From: Thecamonas trahens ATCC 50062
Lineage: Eukaryota; Protista; Apusomonadida
Length of the DNA stretch: 5,983 nucleotides
NCBI RefSeq assembly: GCF_000142905.1
Contig: NW_013657574.1
Coordinates: forward strand, 1-5,983
Direction: 5' to 3'
This document shows positions 1 to 5,900 of the stretch, piece after piece. Under the pieces are notes generated by a model. The model saw only the letters and a list, made by a program, of their open reading frames with translations, searched no databases and was not told where the DNA came from. The position numbers and the translations under genes are program-made. Each line of letters begins with the position of its first letter. Position 1 is the stretch's first letter.

Positions 1-2
1 AA

Positions 3-20
3 CCCCCCCCCCCCCCCCCC
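3..20 (+). repeat. Poly-C homopolymer (18 nt) upstream of the TBC1D7-like start
   Basis: Read directly; continues as C-rich sequence up to the ATG at 49. Confidence 0.9.
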
Positions 21-48
21 TCCCACCTCCACCCACCCGTTCGTACCC

Positions 49-1695
49 ATGCGGGGCAATAACTTCCGCGCAGGCTTCCTGCGGAAGATGGGCGTACCAG
101 GTACACCCACCACTCCGCCCACCTCGCCGTCGCAGGGAGAGTTCCCGGCTCTGCACCGGCTCGACTTCCCGCCGCCCACGCGGGCGACTGCCGACGACAC
201 GGCACCGTCAGACAACCTCGCACCTCGTGTTGATGATGGTCGTAGTGTGGGCCGGAAGGATCGGGCGCTGGTGCTGCCCATTCTTGCTTCCGCAGAGCTG
301 TCATCGCCGCCGTCCATGCATCTGCCGTCGCCGCCGGCGCTCAACACCCCGACACAGGCCTCCGTCGCTGCTGTCGCGCGCGCCGCCATGCCCGAGCCGG
401 ATCATGGCGGCGCGGTCGGACTTGGCGACTCGGTCGCCGCAGGTACCTCGGTCTCGGCCGCGCTGGCTGCCGGATCGGCCATGGCCTCTCTCTCGGCCTC
501 GGCTGCCGCGGCGCACCAGGCCCACACGCCGCATCACGGCGCCCCCCCTCCGCAACCCGCCCGCAACCTCTCAGTCGCGGCCATCCTCTCGTCCGAGGTG
601 GTTGACACGGATGCACTCCGTGCCGCTGTCGTCCGCTCTGCCGGCGCCCCGCACGAGTTCCGCCCGCTGGTCTGGCGGCTCCTCACCGGCGCGCTTCCGC
701 CGCCGCAAGCTGCTTGGGAGCTGGTGTCTGGGTGCTCGCGGGAGGCGTACAACGACCTCGCTGCGGTTGTCGGCGTTTTGCTTCCGTCCACGTACGCTGA
801 TGTGCTGGACGGGCTTGCCAACTCGCTGCCGCCGCTCGCCTCGGCCCATGCCGGCGAAGAGGAGGACGAGGCCGTGCGGACCATCGCACTGCGCCTCCTC
901 AGAGTCCATGCCACCGCCGGCGCACTCTCGCCGGCATCTACGCCGCGGCCAAACCTCCTCTCGCGACAGTCTAGCAGCGACGGCGATCCCGACGCCGAAG
1001 CCATGCTCGCCGACCTGCTTTTCGCTGACGATCGCGACTCGGACGACGAGGTTGGCGGCTCGCACCTCCTTGCGCCACACGTTGTCTCGGCCTCGTCTCC
1101 ACATGCGCTCTCGCTCCACCATCAGATTGCAGGCAGCCTCGCCTCACACCCACAGAAGCGTAGGTTGGCCCGCCAGGCTGTCCCACCGCTCCCCGCGCTC
1201 CAGCTCCAGGCCGCAGCCGCGTACCTGACAGCGGCAGTCCTCGACGACGAGGCTGAGGCCTACGCCTGCTTCTCTGGCCTGATGGACCGGGTGCTGGTCT
1301 CGGTCGTCGACGACTACCCTGACTGGCTCGACACCATTGTCTCGCGGCTGAGCGGGCTCCTTACGTCAAAGTCTGCACGGCTTGCCGCCCACTTTGATGA
1401 GCTCGAGCTGGACCTGCACCGACCGGTCTCGGCCTGGCTTGCCTCGCTCTTCCTGGGCACGCTCGCTTCCGACTCTGTCGAACGGCTGCTCGACTGCACT
1501 CTCGCTCTTGGCCCGGACCTGTTTGTGTTCATGTCGTATGCGCTGCTCTACTCGTATACACCCAAGCTGCTCGGCTTCAAGTCGGCGGCCGCGGTCGAAG
1601 CCTTCCTCCTCGCCCTCCCCGCCGACGTGGATGTCTCTGCAGCTATCCGCATGGCGTGCACTATGACTGCCGACAGCGACGAGCCCCATGCATAG
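49..1695 (+). CDS. TBC1D7: TBC1 domain family member 7-like protein (TBC/Rab-GAP fold; TSC complex subunit homolog), 548 aa, with low-complexity insertions
   Basis: ATG (cccATG) after a C-rich tract, open to TAG at 1693-1695. Three blocks match human TBC1D7 as I recall it. NFRAGFLRKMG resembles NFRSVYYEKVG. ILSSEVVDTDALR...FRPLVWRLLTGALPP...REAYNDL resembles ILLKDDRLDTEKL...YRALVWKVLLGILPP...KEQYLDV. WLASLFLGTLASDSVERLLDCTLALGPDLFVFMSYALL...KLLGFKSAAAVEAFL resembles [39 protein letters not shown]...KVMALNSAEKITKFL. No IxxDxxR or YxQ catalytic finger motifs are visible, as expected for TBC1D7. Confidence 0.85.
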   Translation: MRGNNFRAGFLRKMGVPGTPTTPPTSPSQGEFPALHRLDFPPPTRATADDTAPSDNLAPRVDDGRSVGRKDRALVLPILASAELSSPPSMHLPSPPALNTPTQASVAAVARAAMPEPDHGGAVGLGDSVAAGTSVSAALAAGSAMASLSASAAAAHQAHTPHHGAPPPQPARNLSVAAILSSEVVDTDALRAAVVRSAGAPHEFRPLVWRLLTGALPPPQAAWELVSGCSREAYNDLAAVVGVLLPSTYADVLDGLANSLPPLASAHAGEEEDEAVRTIALRLLRVHATAGALSPASTPRPNLLSRQSSSDGDPDAEAMLADLLFADDRDSDDEVGGSHLLAPHVVSASSPHALSLHHQIAGSLASHPQKRRLARQAVPPLPALQLQAAAAYLTAAVLDDEAEAYACFSGLMDRVLVSVVDDYPDWLDTIVSRLSGLLTSKSARLAAHFDELELDLHRPVSAWLASLFLGTLASDSVERLLDCTLALGPDLFVFMSYALLYSYTPKLLGFKSAAAVEAFLLALPADVDVSAAIRMACTMTADSDEPHA

Positions 1696-1731
1696 CACTG
1701 CCGCGCGAGAAGAGGTTAGTATTCTTCATTG

Positions 1732-4021
1732 TTACACCATGCGCACCGAGTATTGAGACCGCGATGGCATGCGGAAAGGCGACGAGGTGCCGTTGCCGTT
1801 GGCAGCAACAGCAAACGGCACCGGATGCGGCGAGACCGCGCGCGGGCGGTGCATGAACCCGCCCGGTGGGCCCGGCGACGGCGATCGCATCCGCCGCGGC
1901 GACATGCCCATAGCACCGGCGTCGATCGACTGCCGCCGGCGCATCATGCCGGCGGGCATCCCACTGGCGCCCATCGGCGCTATCGTCTTGGATGCCGGCT
2001 TGGACGACGCTGTCTGGCGTGGCTGCGACCGCGACCGCTCGCGGTTGGACTGGTCGCGGATCCGCTCGCGGCCGACCCGCTCCGCTCTAGCGTTGTCGCA
2101 CACGTTCTCGTCAGCACCCCCGTCACCAGCCGCTGCTGCGGCTGCGGCTGCCCGCGCAAGCTTGGCCTCGAGCTCGGCACGGACCCGCGCTGCGCGCTCG
2201 GCAGCCGCCACCTCGCGCTCCTTGGCGTGCGCCGCCTTTTCGGCCACGAGCTCCTTAGCCGCGGCCTCGGCCTCGAGCTCCAGCTCGGAGATCTTGGCCT
2301 TTTGCCGGACAATGGTAAACTCGGCTGCGTCGTCTTGCGCGTGCAGCTGCGCCTGCAGCTTCTTGATCTCGGCCTCTTTGGCCTCGGCCAGGTGCTTGTA
2401 GTTGTCCTTGTATGCGCTCTCCATCTCGCGGATGTACGCGTCGTCGAGCCCAATCTGCATGTCTGCAGCCTCGAGGTCCGACTTGGCCTTGTACAGCTCT
2501 GCCTCGACGCCTGCCAGCTTGTCGAGGCACACGTCAAGCAGCCGGCTCCGTGCCGCCGCTGCTGCCGCCGCAACCACCTGCGACCGCTCGTCACCACTTG
2601 TGGCTTCCGGCACTGGTGCAGGCGAACCTGCAGGCACAACCGAGAGCTTGGCTTCCAGCTCGGCGATGGTGGCGTCGCGGCGCTTGACAGCCGCCAACGC
2701 CTTCTTCTTTTTCATCTCGGCCTTGTCGCGGGCAGCGACGGCGGTACGCGACGCGTGGGTCGTCGCCTCGAGCTGCGACTCGAGTGCTACCTTTTCAGCG
2801 TTGACAATCCGGAGCTTGTCGCACAGCTCCTGCACGTTGGGCGCCCCATCCTTGGCCTCCAGCACCTTGTTGGCCGCCATAAGTGACTTGATCGTCTTCT
2901 TGGCCTTGCGCAGCTGCAGCGTGACATCGCCGGCACCCGCGCCTCCACCGGACCCGCCGCTCGCCACCTTTTTCTTGAGCGTCTGCACATACGCCGAGAG
3001 CTTGAGGAACTGCTCGCGGAGGACCGAGAGGTCCGGGCTCTGCTCACCAGAGTTGACTCCGTTGAGGCCGTCGACCGCTGACGCGACGATCGACGCTACG
3101 TTGGCCAGCTCGGAGGAGATGGACGACTCGGGAGCAGACTCCTGAGCCGGCTCACCAGCTGCGGCGCTGGCTGCCTCCAGCTCGGCAATGCGTGTACGCG
3201 CAGTCTCGAGCTCGGCCTTGAGCGCGTGCTCTGCGGCCCGTGCCAAGGCCAGCGACGACTGCGATGAGCACGCTGCCGAGTGCGCGGCCTCGAGCTTGGC
3301 CTTCAGGTCGGCCATGGCCGAGCGGGCGTCCTCGGCCTCGCACTTGAGCTTGTCGTTGGTGTCGTGCAACGACTCGAGCTCGGTGTTGAGCTTGCGAATA
3401 GTGTCCTTGGCGGCACGCGCTGCAGCGTCGGCGGCGTCGGCATCGGCCGAAACCGCTGCGAGCTTCTCATTAGCGTCGAGCATCTCCTCCTGATGCTCGA
3501 GCTTGAGGTCGATCATGGCGTTGGCCTGGGAACGCGCCTCGCGCTCCAACTCGTAAACCTTGTCGTTGGCGGCATCCCGTTCGGCGCGAGCCTCAGTCAG
3601 TGCGCGGCGGACAGCGGCGACGTCCTCCTGGAGCTTGAGACCTGCGGCTCCGGCAACTTCCAGGTCGCGCTTCTGGGCCGCCAGCTTGGCGTCGGCATTT
3701 GCCAGCTTTGTGAGCAGGGCATCGCGCTCGCTCCGCAGCTCGGCTTCCTCCCGCTTGAGCGCCTCCAACTCTTCCCTGTTGTCTGCTGTAGCCGACGTTG
3801 TTGTCGAGTTCATCGAGCCATACGCACTGCCACCAGCCGTTGGCGGCGCTGACGGCGAGCCGTACACAATCGACCCAAACGAGGGCCTGCGGCCCCATCC
3901 AAAGAAGCCTGAGCAAGAGAACAGAAGGGGAGGGGGGCGAGAATGATAAGTCGGTGCATGTGCATGTGGGGGAGGGAAGAACCAAGTGGTGGGGAATGGG
4001 CATGCTCGTCGTCGTACTCAT
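1732..4021 (-). CDS. Long coiled-coil protein of unknown function with a disordered R/S/P/G/M-rich C-terminal tail; proposed join(4021..4018,3908..1732), 726 aa
   Basis: The 711-codon - strand ORF ends in TAA at 1734-1732. It has heptad-like A/E/K/L/R-rich runs (e.g. LEALKREEAELRSERDALLTKLANADAKL) broken by S/G/P linkers. The track start at 3867 is GTG, and the frame continues upstream (GFFGWGRRPSFGSIVYG) to a polypyrimidine+CAG acceptor at 3909. An ATG at 4021-4019 (aagcATG) is followed by A|GTACGA, giving the in-frame start MSFFGWGRR. The fallback start is the ATG at 3813. The coding region is confident; the 5' and 3' ends are less so. Confidence 0.8.
3909..4017 (-). other. Spliceosomal GT-AG intron (109 nt, phase 1) of the coiled-coil gene
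   Basis: On the - strand: ATGA|GTACGAC...ccccttctgttctcttgctCAG|GCTTC. The acceptor has a long polypyrimidine tract, and splicing restores the frame (A+GC = Ser). A competing donor GAC|GTAAGC lies at 4027. Confidence 0.65.
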
Positions 4022-4388
4022 GCTTACGTCGAGTGTGCGCCGTTGCAAAAAGTTTGAATATTTTGTCGCAACGGTCGCCCCCCCCCTCTGGATCACCAGC
4101 AGATTCGTCACCGCCCTCCCCTCGCCCCCTCCCCCCCTCCCCCTCTCCCCGTCTTTCCCCCCTACTTCTCATCAGAGATCACTCCCACCCCTCACCTGGT
4201 TAAAGCTGTAGCGAGCGCAGCTGTGTGGCCGTTGGCGACGCATAGATGTTGTGTTCCGAGACGTGGCAGCTGCCGAGGTGATGACGGGCGTATGGCTGAA
4301 AAAAAGGCAGTGCCCACAAAACGCGCACTCGGACCGGGAGCACATGCAGTGGTGAGAGACTCCCACGCTGGCAGCTGATACATTTGCC
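4022..4388. promoter_or_regulatory. Probable bidirectional promoter region between the divergent coiled-coil and F-box/Sec7/PH genes
   Basis: The 367 nt lie between head-to-head ATGs (4021 - and 4389 +). They include an AT-rich island (4047-4064) within an inverted repeat and a long C-rich tract (4078-4195). Confidence 0.6.
4078..4195. repeat. C/T-rich low-complexity tract with multiple C-runs (G-quadruplex-capable on the - strand)
   Basis: C9 at 4078-4086, then many C3-C7 runs separated by 1-7 nt between about 4114 and 4162. Confidence 0.75.
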
Positions 4389-5735
4389 ATGGCTGCACAC
4401 AATGAAGCCACGCTGCTGGATCTCCCAGCTGAGCTGCTGGTTGAGATAGGCAAGATGCTCGGGGCAGGCGACGTGGCGGCGCTGGCGTCGACGTGCACGC
4501 AACTGGCGTGGCTTGTGCGCGACAACATGGTGTGGCGAGCAAAGTACATCGAAACACTTGGCGATGTGCCACCGATGAGCCGGAGACGGCTCATCGCCGA
4601 CAGCCCGTCCCACTCTTGGGCGGATGAGCTCCGCTGGCGGATCGCGACTCAGCAGACGGTGACCTGCAACTTTAACAAGGCGCCAAGCCTCGACGACGCG
4701 CTCGCGTACCTACAGTCGCTGGCGCTGTTTGATTGCATGGAAAAGGACGATGAGGTTGGTGTCGACACCAAGGTCTTTGACTTTGTCTTTTACACACCGG
4801 GCATTTCCAAGCGTCGTATCGGCGAGCTCCTTGGCTCTGCAACGTACGCGGCTGCGCGCGATTGGTACGTGATGGCGCGGATGCCAGCGCTTGTCGGGCT
4901 CGACTTTGCCGACGCGCTGCGCGATTTCTTGCACCCTCTGTGGATGCCTGGTGAGGCCCAGGCCATTGATCGAATCATGCATACCTTTGCCAAGGCGTAC
5001 TGCAGCGCCAACCCGGAAGTCACGGCCTCGTCAGCTCAGGACGTCGTCATCGACGACAACGGCTTTACCAATCTGCTCACAGTCGACGCAGCGTACGTTC
5101 TCTCGTTCGCCGCCGTCATGCTCAACACCGATGCCCACTCATCGCACACCATCTCGGGCTTTACCCGGTCCTCGTTTGTGCAAAACTGCTCCGGGCTCGG
5201 CGTGCCGCGCGCATTGGTCGAGCACGTGTGGGAGTCGGTCACCTCCAACCCGATCCTTCACGACTCGGACAATGTGCTCTCGCCGCCTCTGGCCACCAGT
5301 GCAGCGCACATCCACACCGGCGGCATGCTCTTTCCCTGGCGATCTCGCTTCCTCATGCTCACCTGCAACAAGCTGCTGATATTCCACAGCGAGGAGAGCC
5401 AAGATCGCGCGCTTGCCAAGTACCCGCACCAGGCGCTCCAAGTCGTCCGCCTCGGCGAGCGTGACATCACCATCGAACCACATCCTGTTGCCGGCTACGC
5501 CACCCTCGATGGCTGGGTCACCAGAACTGGCCTCTTTGCGCGCTCGGATCTCCTCTCCCGATCAACTGAGACTATTGTCCGCATTCGGCTCCCTACGTCC
5601 GACCTCGCCGACAAGTGGGAGCTCCTCATCAATCGTGCCCTCAACACAGCTGTCGTGGAGGACGTATGCGAGCTTGATCCCGCGCGAGACGTTACCGAGG
5701 CCGTCCATAACCATAACCTCATCACCAGCGAGTGA
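4389..5735 (+). CDS. F-box / Sec7 / PH domain protein (Arf guanine-nucleotide exchange factor with cytohesin-like Sec7-PH and an N-terminal F-box), 448 aa
   Basis: Strong Kozak context gccATGG. F-box: LLDLPAELLVEIGKMLGAGDVAALASTCTQLAWLVRDNMVWRAKY (aa ~9-53). Sec7 (~4650-5258): FNKAP, GISKRRIGELLG, GLDFADALRDFL, motif 1 LWMPGEAQAIDRIMHTFAKAYCSANP (Glu189 at 4953-4955), and motif 2 AYVLSFAAVMLNTDAH. PH-like (~5300-5650): TGGMLFPWRSRFLMLTCNKLLIF, with a terminal helix ADKWELLINRAL. Confidence 0.92.
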   Translation: MAAHNEATLLDLPAELLVEIGKMLGAGDVAALASTCTQLAWLVRDNMVWRAKYIETLGDVPPMSRRRLIADSPSHSWADELRWRIATQQTVTCNFNKAPSLDDALAYLQSLALFDCMEKDDEVGVDTKVFDFVFYTPGISKRRIGELLGSATYAAARDWYVMARMPALVGLDFADALRDFLHPLWMPGEAQAIDRIMHTFAKAYCSANPEVTASSAQDVVIDDNGFTNLLTVDAAYVLSFAAVMLNTDAHSSHTISGFTRSSFVQNCSGLGVPRALVEHVWESVTSNPILHDSDNVLSPPLATSAAHIHTGGMLFPWRSRFLMLTCNKLLIFHSEESQDRALAKYPHQALQVVRLGERDITIEPHPVAGYATLDGWVTRTGLFARSDLLSRSTETIVRIRLPTSDLADKWELLINRALNTAVVEDVCELDPARDVTEAVHNHNLITSE

Positions 5736-5774
5736 CGAACAGCGCTTGCCCCGGCGCCAGCATCATACGCCCCC

Positions 5775-5782
5775 GCCAATCA
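5775..5782 (+). promoter_or_regulatory. Putative CCAAT (NF-Y/HAP-type) box GCCAATCA
   Basis: Matches the extended CCAATCA consensus, about 120 nt upstream of the ATG at 5901. Function is not demonstrated. Confidence 0.35.
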
Positions 5783-5791
5783 AACACGTTT

Positions 5792-5851
5792 CCATCGCAC
5801 CTTCTTTCCCCTCTCCCCTGCCATCGCCCCCCATCGCCCATCGCCCATCGC
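5792..5851 (+). repeat. CCATCGC heptamer cluster, 5 copies (5792, 5821, 5831, 5838, 5845; last three tandem)
   Basis: Read directly in the 165-nt intergenic region before the ATG at 5901. Confidence 0.85.
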
Positions 5852-5900
5852 ACGTCGCCGGTCACCGGTCACCACTCGCCAGCCACCACTCGTCTGAACC

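Noticed and set aside
227-1666. Alternative-frame and antisense ORFs within gene 1 (e.g. 227-1228, 534-1004, 571-1122)
   Set aside because: They are Arg/Pro-rich products of stop-codon scarcity at high GC; the homologous frame is 49..1695.
1732-3867. Coiled-coil neighbour as TSC1/hamartin (TBC1D7's binding partner), forming a functional gene pair
   Set aside because: TSC1 has a large N-terminal helical domain before its coiled coil. This protein starts its coiled coil within about 45 aa and shows no hamartin-like motif, so adjacency is likely coincidental.
3865-3867. ORF-track start of the coiled-coil gene
   Set aside because: The codon is GTG in a eukaryotic context, and the frame continues upstream to a splice acceptor at 3909.
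1729-3946. Long + strand ORFs (1729-2886, 1769-2401, 2402-3145, 3188-3493, 3280-3852, 3560-3946)
   Set aside because: These are antisense shadows of the GC-rich coiled-coil gene, with S/A/R- or L/G-rich translations and no domains.
4088-4244. Extra upstream - strand exon (MRRQRPHSCARYSFNQ|GTGAGG donor at 4195, acceptor at 4088)
   Set aside because: Splicing through 4087-4028 to 3908 lands out of frame (stop at 3812-3810), and the frame that would fit has a TAA just before the donor. The putative intron is purine-rich with no pyrimidine tract.
4389-5735. Naming the gene FBXO8, a cytohesin (CYTH) or bacterial RalF
   Set aside because: The architecture fits none exactly: FBXO8 lacks a PH domain, cytohesins lack an F-box, and RalF has a capping domain. 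Orthology needs a phylogeny.
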